Origin: Candidatus Methanogaster sp.
GTDB taxonomy: Archaea; Halobacteriota; Methanosarcinia; Methanosarcinales; Methanogasteraceae
DNA: 64,000 nucleotides
Direction: 5' to 3'
Assembly (NCBI GenBank): GCA_013572355.1
Contig: QBUV01000091.1
Location: 950 to 64,949, forward strand
Both the position numbers and the translations under genes were made by a program. The stretch's first letter is position 1. Every line of letters starts with the position of its first letter. Under the pieces are notes generated by a model, which searched no databases, had not been told where the DNA came from, and saw nothing but the letters and a program-made list of their open reading frames with translations. Positions 21,042-30,521 of this stretch are shown here, piece after piece.

Positions 21042-21824
21042 CTATCGCTCGATTATCCCCTCGGGCGCGCCTGCAAACCGGACGAGCGCCTCCGCCTCCA
21101 TCTGGTGCAGACCCGCCGGAACGATCAGCAGGTGCATGGGCGCACCAAAATCAGACCCGGCGAGGTCGCGTAGGTAGTCGCACTTCACCACGACATCAGG
21201 CGATCCTGCACGTGCGATCCCGATGCCGAGAGCGCGGTCGAGCAGCCCGCGTTCATCAACCTGCATCAACAATTGAGCCGCCTCCGAAATCGTCATAAAC
21301 CCCTTCTCATGATCTATATCGAGAAAGAGCATCGTGTGAAGGTCGTTATCGCGGTTTAAGAGAACTGTGTTATACGGAGTCTCTGAAACGATCGTCTTTG
21401 ACCGGACAGTGTACGGGAACGGGATGGTTGCAGACTTTCCGAACCGGTAGTTCTGCAATCCGGCAAGACCTGCTGCCGCAGACGCAATCGAGGTTCCGTG
21501 AACGATCACCGTCGCAATACCGAGATCGGATGCGCGCAGGCGTAGATCAATATGTGTCGTCGAGACCATCGGATCCCCTCCTGATAGCAGCACCACATCC
21601 CGATCGATCGCATGGTGTAGCCATGCCGGATCCGTCTCGATCTCACCTCGTGAAAGCGTCGTGATCTTCGTCTGGTATCGCGATTCCATGCGTTCTATGG
21701 TCGTTCCCATCATCTTCGATGTGTAAAACTCGGCAAAGACCATATCAGCATCTTTTATCGCTCTGACGCCTTTTAAGGTGATATCTTCTTCATCGTATAG
21801 CCCGAGACCGACAAATGTTAACAT
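21042..21824 (-). CDS. dph5: Diphthine synthase
   Basis: MLTFVGLGL, EFYTS, GDPMVSTTH, GLQNYRFGKS, LHTMLFLD. Confidence 0.95.
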   Translation of the reverse strand: MLTFVGLGLYDEEDITLKGVRAIKDADMVFAEFYTSKMMGTTIERMESRYQTKITTLSRGEIETDPAWLHHAIDRDVVLLSGGDPMVSTTHIDLRLRASDLGIATVIVHGTSIASAAAGLAGLQNYRFGKSATIPFPYTVRSKTIVSETPYNTVLLNRDNDLHTMLFLDIDHEKGFMTISEAAQLLMQVDERGLLDRALGIGIARAGSPDVVVKCDYLRDLAGSDFGAPMHLLIVPAGLHQMEAEALVRFAGAPEGIIER

Positions 21825-21876
21825 CAAGTCTGATCTCTGCGCCAATTTATTTAAGTTGCACCGCAGAATTGAGATC

Positions 21877-22371
21877 ATGGGAATCCATACCAGATCGAGG
21901 CATTACCTGCGAAGCAGTGATTCGAAAAAGATCATGAAAGAACTCGGAAAAGCATTCGATCCGTCTGATATCGGGGGTGTGTTCGAAGGAAAACGGTTTG
22001 AACTGGTTACAACTGATGTTTGCGACATCATACTGGTCGAAGATGTACCGATGATCTTCATGCCAGATGGCGAGCCGTTTCTCACCGTGCGCGGTGCGCT
22101 TGAGGTGAAGCCAGAGGCGCGCATCGTTGTGGTGGATGCTGGCGCCATCAGGTTCGTGGTGAATGGTGCTGATGTGATGCGCCCTGGAATCGTGCAGGCA
22201 GATCCCGGTATCAAGGCAGGGGATCTCGTGATCATAATCGAGGAGGCGCACAGAAAAGCACTTGCGATCGGGCGTGCGCTCATTTCCGGAGACGAGATGA
22301 TCGGCGATTCCGGAAAAGCGGTCAAAACACTACACTACGTTGGTGATGCCATCTGGGAAGTAACACGATAG
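21877..22371 (+). CDS. PUA-domain RNA-binding protein
   Basis: VVDAGAIRFVVNGADVMRPGI...LHYVGD. Confidence 0.9.
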   Translation: MGIHTRSRHYLRSSDSKKIMKELGKAFDPSDIGGVFEGKRFELVTTDVCDIILVEDVPMIFMPDGEPFLTVRGALEVKPEARIVVVDAGAIRFVVNGADVMRPGIVQADPGIKAGDLVIIIEEAHRKALAIGRALISGDEMIGDSGKAVKTLHYVGDAIWEVTR

Positions 22372-22748
22372 CCAAAAAGTTTATTAATGATTAATAATTA
22401 CTTACACTTGGCACGTATTGTGCTGTGCGGACAAAGGTGGAAAACGCCTCCTTTCACCTTTGCTGATAAGCATGGGATGACGGGTTCCTCCTCGTTTCCA
22501 TCCCGTCTGTGGGGGTGGGGTTATGCTTTCAGTTCAGCGAAGAGTCTCAGCAGCGCGATGGCAGGGAGTATCCCATATTGACCCGCCCTGCAGACGCCCA
22601 CACGGTGCAGTCACACCCCGCGCGCCAACCACGATGATAGTGGGGGGAGGTCACTGTGTACCAATGAATAATCGGATCTTTGGTATTCGCGTTGCGGTGA
22701 CCAAGACCCCGGAGACTTTTTGATATTTTCGAAACAAGGGTTTTTGGA

Positions 22749-22833
22749 AAACCACAGAGGTCACAGAGTGACACAGAGGGGTCTAAAGATAAAAATAACA
22801 ACTTTCTGTGATCCTCTGTGCTCTCTGTGGTTT
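22749..22833. repeat. Periodic palindrome A (3x CACAGAG ... 3x CTCTGTG)
   Basis: Units at 22753, 22762, 22772 and complementary units at 22804, 22814, 22823; ends AAACC/GGTTT. Confidence 0.85.
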
Positions 22834-22929
22834 AATCTCCCTTGCCCTAACCGGATCCTTACGAAGTGAAAAAGTACATGCACTCGCGAATTATCAGAGA
22901 CACAGGATAATCTCGAGGACCCGGTTTAA

Positions 22930-24066
22930 CTAAAGAATGGTATCCCCAATCCGCGTAAGCGCGTCATAGATCCGCTCTCTCGACGCCGCGTACGATATCC
23001 GGATGAAACCGGAACTATCAGGACCGAATGCGGACCCGGGCGTTACTGCGATATACGCTTCCTTGAGCAAGCGTTCTGCGACATCGTCCCCGCCCCCGTA
23101 GTCAGTAACATCCAGGAAGAGATAGAACGCGCCGTCCGGCTTCGTGCAGTTAAACCCGCGCGATTTCAGCCCCTCGACCAGAATATCCCGCCGCGCTTCA
23201 AACTCGGCTACCATCGACTCGACCGATCCGTGATCGGACCGTAGCGCGGTAACGCCTGCGTGCTGGACAAAGGATGCGGCATGGCTCACCGAATGCGACT
23301 GCAGTTTGAGCGCCGCTCTGACGATGTCCGGAGGCGCTGCCATGTATCCGAGACGCCAGCCGGTCATCGCGTACGATTTTGAGAAGCCATTTACCGTGAT
23401 CACACGGTCATGCATCCCGTCAAAAGACCCGATGCTGTAGTGTTTTTTGCCGTAGATGATCTTCTCGTAGATTTCATCGGAGAGTACCGTGATGTCGTTA
23501 TCGATTGCGATCTCCGCAATCTCCGCAAGGTGCTTTTTCCCGAATACGGCGCCACTCGGGTTTCCAGGGCTATTTATGATGATGAGCTTTGTTTTACCTG
23601 TGACATAATCCCCGATGTCAGGCGGCATGAAATCCTGATCTGTTGGAACCCATACAGTGCGGGCGCCCGCGTACCTGATGCATGCATCGTAAGTGACCCA
23701 CGCCGGATCGAGCAGTATCGCCTCGTCCCCTTCATCAAGCACCGCCTGCACCGACTGGAAGACCGCCTGCTTTGCGCCAGGAGTCACAAGTATCTGATCG
23801 GGCGCGGCATCGAGGTCGTTCTCGGTGCAAAGTTTCTCCGCGATCGCACTTCTGAGTTCCGGGATGCCGGCAGCAGGCGTGTAATGGGTCTCGCCGCGTC
23901 GGATCGACTGGAAAGCCGATTCAGAGATGTATTCAGGAGTGTCAAAGTCCGGCTCGCCGAGACTCATGGTTATCACGTCATTCCCCCTCTCCGCAAGTTC
24001 GGATGCAAGTTTTGCTATCGCAAGCGTTGCGGATTCCTCTATAAGATCTAACCGTGCAGATGTCAT
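22930..24066 (-). CDS. Class I/II PLP aminotransferase (aspartate aminotransferase-like)
   Basis: GEPDFDTP, GAKQA, NSPGNPSG, SDEIY, GFSKSYAMTGWRLG. Confidence 0.92.
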   Translation of the reverse strand: MTSARLDLIEESATLAIAKLASELAERGNDVITMSLGEPDFDTPEYISESAFQSIRRGETHYTPAAGIPELRSAIAEKLCTENDLDAAPDQILVTPGAKQAVFQSVQAVLDEGDEAILLDPAWVTYDACIRYAGARTVWVPTDQDFMPPDIGDYVTGKTKLIIINSPGNPSGAVFGKKHLAEIAEIAIDNDITVLSDEIYEKIIYGKKHYSIGSFDGMHDRVITVNGFSKSYAMTGWRLGYMAAPPDIVRAALKLQSHSVSHAASFVQHAGVTALRSDHGSVESMVAEFEARRDILVEGLKSRGFNCTKPDGAFYLFLDVTDYGGGDDVAERLLKEAYIAVTPGSAFGPDSSGFIRISYAASRERIYDALTRIGDTIL

Positions 24067-24267
24067 ATTGTGGACTCTGGTTCGCTTATCGCCTCATAAA
24101 ACTATGTTTGAATGATTCCAGAAGGGCAAAAACAATTTCAGATACCAGAATAACCATTCGACCCTGCCGGCAAACCGTGAAAGGGGCAGCAAAATGGATT
24201 GAAACATCCGACCTTATGCAAAAGACTCCAAATATTTAAATGATGGCAGCATCATTATGATTGAAGG

Positions 24268-24894
24268 ATGGCAGAGATGATCGGACAGATAGCAGACGAA
24301 CTCAAAGAGCACGCCCCTTTCACGTTTTTTGGGGCTCTTACAGGTATCGCCATCATGCTTGCGATCGTCTATGGCGGCTTCCTCCCGCAGGTTACCTCGA
24401 TCTCGGAGAACATCTTTTATGTCCTGCATCCGGCACATGTTCTATTGAGTGCATCTATAACTACGGCTTTGTACGTACGATATGGGAAGAGGAAGCTATG
24501 GATCGCACTCCTGATCGGCTACACCGGTTCGATCGGCATAGCAACGCTGAGCGACTCGATCATACCCTACATAGGCGAAGTCCTGCTCGATCTGCCGAAT
24601 AGAGGGGCCCACATCGGCGTCATCGAGAAACCGCTGCTGACAAATCTTGCAGCCCTGATCGGCATAGCGATCGGCTACAGGTACCGGGAGGGCGCGACCG
24701 AGTTCCCGCACGCCGGCCATGTCCTGATAAGTACGTGGGCATCAATGTTCCACATCATCATGGCGCTTGGCGCAACCGTGGACTGGGTCCGGATTATCGG
24801 CATCCTGCTATTTTTATTCCTCGCGGTCTGGATCCCGTGCTGTACGAGCGATATAGTGTATCCTTTACTATTCGCAGAAAAAACCGAGTCATAA
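24268..24894 (+). CDS. Hypothetical membrane protein with His/Cys motifs
   Basis: About 6 TM segments; EHAPFT, LHPAHVLLS, FPHAGHV, PCCTSD. Confidence 0.75.
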   Translation: MAEMIGQIADELKEHAPFTFFGALTGIAIMLAIVYGGFLPQVTSISENIFYVLHPAHVLLSASITTALYVRYGKRKLWIALLIGYTGSIGIATLSDSIIPYIGEVLLDLPNRGAHIGVIEKPLLTNLAALIGIAIGYRYREGATEFPHAGHVLISTWASMFHIIMALGATVDWVRIIGILLFLFLAVWIPCCTSDIVYPLLFAEKTES

Positions 24895-25000
24895 TACGGA
24901 CGGTATCCCAAAGTCTGCGAAAACAAAAGATATAATAGTGGAGGCGATAACCATGAGAAAAGCAATCGGAAACATAGATATACCACAACGACAAAGTGTA

Positions 25001-25366
25001 ATGATCATGATATCGAAACAACCAAGAAAGCAGAGAAAAGCGCAGTATCAAGCGCCTCTGCATAAAAAACAGAAGTTTATGGGTGCACACTTAAGCGAAT
25101 CGCTACGGGAGAAGTACGGACGGAGAACGTTTGGCGTCCGGTCCGGAGACACCGTAAAAATCATGCGCGGCGAGTATGCTGGCACAGAAGGCAAAGTCGA
25201 GCGGGTCAATCTGAAGAGGGGTACACTCGCGATCGATGGCGCAACGTTATTCAGGGCGGATGGGGAAGAGGTTCCAAGACCGGTATATCCGTCGAATGTG
25301 ATGATAACCAAACTGGATCTTGACGATGAAATCAGACAACAGACACTTGGCAAGGTGATTGAGTGA
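25001..25366 (+). CDS. rpl24: 50S ribosomal protein uL24
   Basis: SKQPRKQRK, GDTVKIMRG, PSNVMITKL; alternative in-frame ATG at 24953. Confidence 0.96.
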   Translation: MIMISKQPRKQRKAQYQAPLHKKQKFMGAHLSESLREKYGRRTFGVRSGDTVKIMRGEYAGTEGKVERVNLKRGTLAIDGATLFRADGEEVPRPVYPSNVMITKLDLDDEIRQQTLGKVIE

Positions 25367-26076
25367 GCAGACATCAGAAAAGACTTTCAATGCCGAAAAC
25401 CTGGAATATACAGAGGAAGACTCATAAGTGGGCTGTCAAAGCTTCACCGGGTCCGCATTCCGGGTTAAAAAGCATCCCGTTGCTATTGGTCATACGGGAC
25501 GTAATGAAACTTGCAAATTCGAGTAGAGAGGCGAAGAAGATCCTGCACGACGGGGATATACTGGTAGACGGCGTCGTCAGACGGGATTACAAGTTCCCGG
25601 TAGGGGTTTTCGATGTTATAACCATACCGAAGATCGATCTGTCGTACAGGGTGTTTCTGGATGAGAAACAGCGACTCAGTCTGAGAAAAATCAGCGACCC
25701 AGAGGTTAAATTGTGCAAGATCACCGATAAAACAATTTTGAAGGGTGGAAATACCCAGTTAAACCTTCACGATGGTTCGAATATTATTTCTGACGAGTAT
25801 TCTTATCATTCCTCCGATTCAGTCGTTCTCACACTTCCTGAGCGGAAGGTTGTAAAGCACATCACCTACAAACCGGGCAGCCTTGCTCTCGTCATCGGCG
25901 GCGCTCATTCAGGAGAACTCGCGACGATCGAGGATATAAGAAAGACGCGGGGCGCGATGCCAAATATGACATCCCTGCACAGCAGTTATGATTTCGAGAC
26001 GATCGAGGATTACGTATTTGTGATCGGCAAAGGCACGCCCGAGATCGAGACGCCGGGGGGTGATGTAGTTGACTGA
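25363..26076 (+). CDS. rps4e: 30S ribosomal protein eS4
   Basis: HQKRLSMP, PGPH, QLNLHDG. Confidence 0.97.
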   Translation: MSRHQKRLSMPKTWNIQRKTHKWAVKASPGPHSGLKSIPLLLVIRDVMKLANSSREAKKILHDGDILVDGVVRRDYKFPVGVFDVITIPKIDLSYRVFLDEKQRLSLRKISDPEVKLCKITDKTILKGGNTQLNLHDGSNIISDEYSYHSSDSVVLTLPERKVVKHITYKPGSLALVIGGAHSGELATIEDIRKTRGAMPNMTSLHSSYDFETIEDYVFVIGKGTPEIETPGGDVVD

Positions 26077-26581
26077 ACCGATGCGCGCAATCGAGGTCGA
26101 TAAGGTGACCGTGCATATCGGAGTGGGCGAGAGCGGAGAGCGCCTCGTCAATGCCGAGAATATCCTTGAAGCGATCACCGATCAGAAGTGCGTGAGAACG
26201 CTCTCGAAATCCCGCATCCCCGCATTCGGGATCAAGCTGGGGGAGCCGATCGGTTGCAAGGTCACACTCAGGAGGGACAAGGCATACAAGTTCATCGATA
26301 CAGCACTTGCTATAATCGAGCGTAAACTGTATGCATCCCAGTTTGACGAGACCGGCAACGTATCCTTCGGGATCGAGGAACATACCGATTTCCCGGATAT
26401 GGCTTACGATCCGAATATCGGAATTTTTGGGATGGATGTCTCCTTAAGTTTGAAGCGACCCGGATACCGGGTCAGCAGGCGCCGCATCCAGCAGAACAAG
26501 ACATCGCACAAACATCGGCTGGTTGCTGAGGATGTGCTGACATGGATGCAGGATCGCTACCAGATAGAGGTGATGGAATGA
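26069..26581 (+). CDS. rpl5: 50S ribosomal protein uL5
   Basis: [32 protein letters not shown]. Confidence 0.97.
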   Translation: MTEPMRAIEVDKVTVHIGVGESGERLVNAENILEAITDQKCVRTLSKSRIPAFGIKLGEPIGCKVTLRRDKAYKFIDTALAIIERKLYASQFDETGNVSFGIEEHTDFPDMAYDPNIGIFGMDVSLSLKRPGYRVSRRRIQQNKTSHKHRLVAEDVLTWMQDRYQIEVME

Positions 26582-26727
26582 GCGAGGATATTCAGATCGG
26601 AAAGGGCGCAAACGTCTGCAAACGATGCGGCAGGAAACAGGGGCTGGTTCGAAGATACCGCATATACCTCTGCCGCCAGTGTTTCAGGGAGATTGCGAAA
26701 GATATGGGTTTTGAAAAATATACTTGA
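26578..26727 (+). CDS. rps14: 30S ribosomal protein uS14 (Zn type)
   Basis: CKRCG...LCRQCFRE...GFEKY. Confidence 0.95.
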   Translation: MSEDIQIGKGANVCKRCGRKQGLVRRYRIYLCRQCFREIAKDMGFEKYT

Positions 26728-26737
26728 GGTAATTATA

Positions 26738-27130
26738 ATGGTACTACTTGACCCACTTGCTGATGCGCTCTCAGCCATCAGGAATGCAGAAAAAACAGGA
26801 AAGCAGGGGTGCATCATACGCCCCGCTTCAAAACTCATCGGTAACGTACTCTCTGTGATGCAGAGCCAGGGATATATCAGCGAATATGAGTTTATTGACG
26901 ATGGAAAGTCAGGCGTCTTCGAGGTGAGTCTGCACGGAAGGATCAACGACTGTAAGGTCGTAAAGCCGAGATTCTCTACCAAACTTGCCGATCTTGAGAA
27001 ATGGGAGAAACGGTTCCTTCCTGCAAGAAACTTCGGCGCTCTGGTATTGACGACGCCTCATGGCGTGGTATCACACTACGAGGCACGAGAGAAGAAAATC
27101 GGAGGACAACTCCTCGCTTACGTGTATTAG
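26738..27130 (+). CDS. rps8: 30S ribosomal protein uS8
   Basis: [22 protein letters not shown]. Confidence 0.97.
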   Translation: MVLLDPLADALSAIRNAEKTGKQGCIIRPASKLIGNVLSVMQSQGYISEYEFIDDGKSGVFEVSLHGRINDCKVVKPRFSTKLADLEKWEKRFLPARNFGALVLTTPHGVVSHYEAREKKIGGQLLAYVY

Positions 27131-27145
27131 CGTATCAGGTGGAAA

Positions 27146-27691
27146 ATGGCAAAAGAGATCAAAAAAACGGTTGCGATACCGGACGATGTGACTGTTTCGA
27201 TCGATGGAAGAATGGTTACGGTATCCGGTCCGAAGGGCGAGGTGTCCCGTGAACTGTGGTATCCGCACATCACGATCCAGAAGATCGAGGATGTGATAAG
27301 TGTGGATGTCGATGCTGCGATGATACGGAAGAAGCAGAAAGCGATGGTCGGCACGCTTGCGTCCCACATCAAGAATATGATCGATGGGGTCGCGCACGGA
27401 TACCGATACCGGATGAAGATGGTGTATTCTCATTTTCCGGTTCAATTACGCATCGACGGTGGCAAATTCATAATAGGCAACTTTCTTGGCGAGAAGAAAG
27501 ATAGGGTGGCACAGATACTGGGTGAGTCTGATGTAGAGATAAACGGCGATGAGGTGACCGTCACCGGTATCAACAAGGAGTCGGTCGGGCAGACCGCGGC
27601 GAACATCGAGCAGGCAACGAAGATCAAGGCACGCGATCCAAGGGTATTCCAGGACGGAATATACGTGATCGGGAAAGAGATGATGTCGTAG
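27146..27691 (+). CDS. rpl6: 50S ribosomal protein uL6
   Basis: GPKG, YSHFP, NFLGEK, DPRVFQDGIY. Confidence 0.97.
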   Translation: MAKEIKKTVAIPDDVTVSIDGRMVTVSGPKGEVSRELWYPHITIQKIEDVISVDVDAAMIRKKQKAMVGTLASHIKNMIDGVAHGYRYRMKMVYSHFPVQLRIDGGKFIIGNFLGEKKDRVAQILGESDVEINGDEVTVTGINKESVGQTAANIEQATKIKARDPRVFQDGIYVIGKEMMS

Positions 27692-27701
27692 GTGATGATT
27701 T

Positions 27702-28154
27702 ATGGATTTGGCAACCAAGCGATTATTAAATACTAGAAAACAGCAGAAGAGCAAGAAGCCCACATTCAAGCGTACCGACTCTCATAAGAAGAAGAAACTG
27801 GACGATAACTGGCGGCGCCCGAGAGGGCTGCAGAGCAAGCTTAGAAAGAGGATCGCAGCAAAAGGTGCGGTTGTACAGGTTGGATACGGCAGCCCAAAGG
27901 CAGTCAGGGGACTACACCCGTCTGGTTTTGAGGAGGTGCTGGTGCGAAATACGGACGATCTACAACCGATCGACCCATCGTATCAGGCTGCACGGATCGC
28001 ACGCACCGTTGGTGTTAGGAAACGGCAGATGATCGAGGAGATCGCAAAGAGCCGCGAGATAAAAATCTTAAACCCACTTCCCGAGGAAATAAAAGTAGAG
28101 GTAGGGGAAGTAGGGAAGGTAGAAGATGTAGAAACCGAAGAGGAGGCGGCGTAA
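27702..28154 (+). CDS. rpl32e: 50S ribosomal protein eL32
   Basis: KPTFKR, WRRPRG, GLHPSG. Confidence 0.97.
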   Translation: MDLATKRLLNTRKQQKSKKPTFKRTDSHKKKKLDDNWRRPRGLQSKLRKRIAAKGAVVQVGYGSPKAVRGLHPSGFEEVLVRNTDDLQPIDPSYQAARIARTVGVRKRQMIEEIAKSREIKILNPLPEEIKVEVGEVGKVEDVETEEEAA

Positions 28155-28613
28155 ATGGCTGATCGTTACGATTTATCGAATCAACGGCGTATTGCTTCAA
28201 CTGTGCTTAAAATAGGAGTTAACAGAATCTGGCTCGATCCGGAGGAGAAGGAGGGCATCGCTGATGCAACCACGCGGAATGATATCAGGGATCTGCTCGA
28301 GTCGGGCGCGATTCAGGCGAAACCGAAGAAAGGTGTCAGCCGCGCACGCGCACGGCAGAGGGATGAGAAACGGAAATACGGACACGGAACCGGACACGGC
28401 TCAAGGAAAGGGAGAAAGGGTGCGAGAAATCCCAGAAAGCGGGAATGGATCACCAAGATCCGTGCGCTACGCAGCCGTCTCAAGGAACTGCGTGCTGATG
28501 GTACGCTTCCACCGAATGTTTACTGCAAGGTGTACCGGAAGGCGAAAGGCGGCGAGTACAAGAGCGTGGCGCACATGAACGCATATCTTATGGCACAGGG
28601 ACATCTCAAATGA
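28155..28613 (+). CDS. rpl19e: 50S ribosomal protein eL19
   Basis: [23 protein letters not shown]. Confidence 0.97.
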   Translation: MADRYDLSNQRRIASTVLKIGVNRIWLDPEEKEGIADATTRNDIRDLLESGAIQAKPKKGVSRARARQRDEKRKYGHGTGHGSRKGRKGARNPRKREWITKIRALRSRLKELRADGTLPPNVYCKVYRKAKGGEYKSVAHMNAYLMAQGHLK

Positions 28614-29401
28614 ATGTAGAGATCGTTGAACTGGATGACCGTAAAGCAAAGTTCGTGCTTTCCGGTGTGACTCATGCGTTTGCAAACAGTTTGAGGCGCG
28701 GCATGCTCGCAGAGATTCCGACGCTTGCAATCGATTATGTGAACATCTATGACAACACGTCGGTGCTCTTCGATGAACAACTCGCACTTCGTCTTGGATT
28801 GATTCCGCTTGCAACCGACCTTGATTCGTACGTGCTCCCCTCTGAATGCGGATGTGACGAGGAGGGATGCCCTCTGTGTCAGGTTTCGCTTACGCTGTCT
28901 GTAGAGGGTCCGAAGGTGGCATATTCTACAGAACTGGTCTCTGCCGACCCATCGGTCATGCCGGCAGAGGCGGTGCCGATCATCAAACTGGCAGAAGGGC
29001 AGAGGATATCGCTCGAAGCGGTTGCACGGCTTGGCACAGGGCACGACCATGCGAAATGGCAGGCAGGGATTGCGTGCGGATACAAGAACATGCCGCGCAT
29101 CACCGTATCAGAGGAGTGCGATGCCTGCGGGATGTGTGTGGATGCGTGTCCGCGCAGCGTGCTCTTGATCGCGGATGAGACTGTGAAAGCGGTTGATGAA
29201 CGCGCATGTTCGCTATGCAGATCGTGCGAGAGCGTCTGCGAACTCGACTGGATCAAGGTTGAGACACATCCTGACTCTGTCATATTTACAGCTGAGAGCG
29301 ACGGTTCGATGCCGGTCACCGAACTGATTATAAGGTCTGCTGATAACATCAAAGAGAGGGCAACGGCACTGGACGAATACCTCGGCATCATCGATGCCTG
29401 A
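28610..29401 (+). CDS. rpoD: RNA polymerase subunit D (Rpo3) with ferredoxin-like Fe-S domain
   Basis: [26 protein letters not shown] and [11 protein letters not shown]. Confidence 0.96.
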   Translation: MNVEIVELDDRKAKFVLSGVTHAFANSLRRGMLAEIPTLAIDYVNIYDNTSVLFDEQLALRLGLIPLATDLDSYVLPSECGCDEEGCPLCQVSLTLSVEGPKVAYSTELVSADPSVMPAEAVPIIKLAEGQRISLEAVARLGTGHDHAKWQAGIACGYKNMPRITVSEECDACGMCVDACPRSVLLIADETVKAVDERACSLCRSCESVCELDWIKVETHPDSVIFTAESDGSMPVTELIIRSADNIKERATALDEYLGIIDA

Positions 29402-29410
29402 TCTATATGT

Positions 29411-29495
29411 GCGGGGGTTGCCCAGCCAGGTCAAAGGCGCTAGGTTGAGGGCCTAGTCTCGTAGGAGTCCGTGGGTTCGAATCCCACCCCCCGCA
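29411..29495 (+). tRNA. tRNA-Leu(GAG)
   Basis: CTAGG-TT-GAG-GG-CCTAG anticodon arm; long variable arm; nearly identical to tRNA-Leu(CAG) at 6314. Confidence 0.97.
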
Positions 29496-29513
29496 TCACA
29501 TACCAACTACCAA

Positions 29514-29752
29514 CTATTTTTGAGAGCATGCATACTCGATATACGGCACTCGGAAACACGCAACGCCGTCTATCCACTCCTCGCGCACGGGTTCTGTGCA
29601 CCGGTTGTATTGACCATACTGCCTGTTCGTTATTTCGTTGTCGCCTTTCGTGATATATCCGGCGTGCGGCGCAATCGGACCGCTATCCCACATCGGCTCA
29701 CCCGTACTTCCGGTACGGGATCACGTTACCATAGTCGCCAAACGTTTCGTGG
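29514..29752 (-). pseudogene. Degenerate partial copy of the S26 signal peptidase 3' half
   Basis: Aligns by eye to 29870-30140 (offset 340 nt); carries a 53-nt internal deletion. Confidence 0.85.
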
Positions 29753-29817
29753 CATGTTGTTCATGCAGTCAATCCACCTGTTAACCTATTAGCCGGACAT
29801 GGGTGCCGGTTTCAGTC

Positions 29818-30405
29818 CTATGCGGATTTGCCAGTAAGTGTCTCGATCACCTTTGAGAACGCGAGGCGCACATATCCGGCATAAGGTATACGGAAACGCG
29901 CAACACCAATCACCCACTCCTCGCGTATGGGCACGGTGCAGAGGGTGTGTTGATCATACTGCCTGTTCGTTATTTCGTTGTCGCCTTTTGTGATATATCC
30001 GGCGTGCGGCGCAATCGGACCCCCCGCCCACATCGGCTCGCCTGCCTCAACATGGTACATTGCGCGGTGTATGATCGGAGTTACATCGGTTCGCCCGTAC
30101 TTCCGGTACAGGATCACGTTACCATAGTCGCCAAACGTTCTGTAGTCGCTGATCGCGCCTTCCTCTTGTGTAACGACACTGGTGCGTGATATGTCCTTAA
30201 TAAAGACGATATCCCCTTTCTTCATGTGCGGTTCCATGCTTCCGGACTCAATCGCCCGCATCGGCGCCCATGTCCCGAATATGAGCTGGGATAGGATCGC
30301 AAATATGAGGAGTATCTTTGCAACCGATATGAGGTCGCGCAAGACCCCTGCCAACGTGCTATCGCTCTGGTAAAATTCTTTTATTTGATCGAAACGTTCA
30401 GACAT
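29818..30405 (-). CDS. Signal peptidase I (S26, SEC11-like)
   Basis: SGSMEP, IIHRA, TKGDN, IPYAGY; start at MSERF. Confidence 0.92.
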   Translation of the reverse strand: MSERFDQIKEFYQSDSTLAGVLRDLISVAKILLIFAILSQLIFGTWAPMRAIESGSMEPHMKKGDIVFIKDISRTSVVTQEEGAISDYRTFGDYGNVILYRKYGRTDVTPIIHRAMYHVEAGEPMWAGGPIAPHAGYITKGDNEITNRQYDQHTLCTVPIREEWVIGVARFRIPYAGYVRLAFSKVIETLTGKSA

Positions 30406-30521
30406 TAATATAATAGCAGTCCAGCATGATACATAAAACTTGTTCAATACCGATGCGCTATGTTAAAATATCGTGGGCGCGAATGTAATGACATAGAGCA
30501 CCAAGGAGGCATTCGTCGGCT

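Noticed and set aside
28610..29401. Ferredoxin motifs in RpoD as a novelty
   Set aside because: An Fe-S domain in Rpo3 is established for Methanosarcinales and other archaea.
6314..29495. Two near-identical tRNA-Leu genes as attL/attR of an integrated element
   Set aside because: Both are full-length isoacceptors (CAG, GAG) in inverted orientation, flanking core genes.
29514..30140. Diversity-generating retroelement TR/VR pair
   Set aside because: Mismatches involve all bases rather than adenines only, there is an internal deletion, and no reverse transcriptase is in the window.
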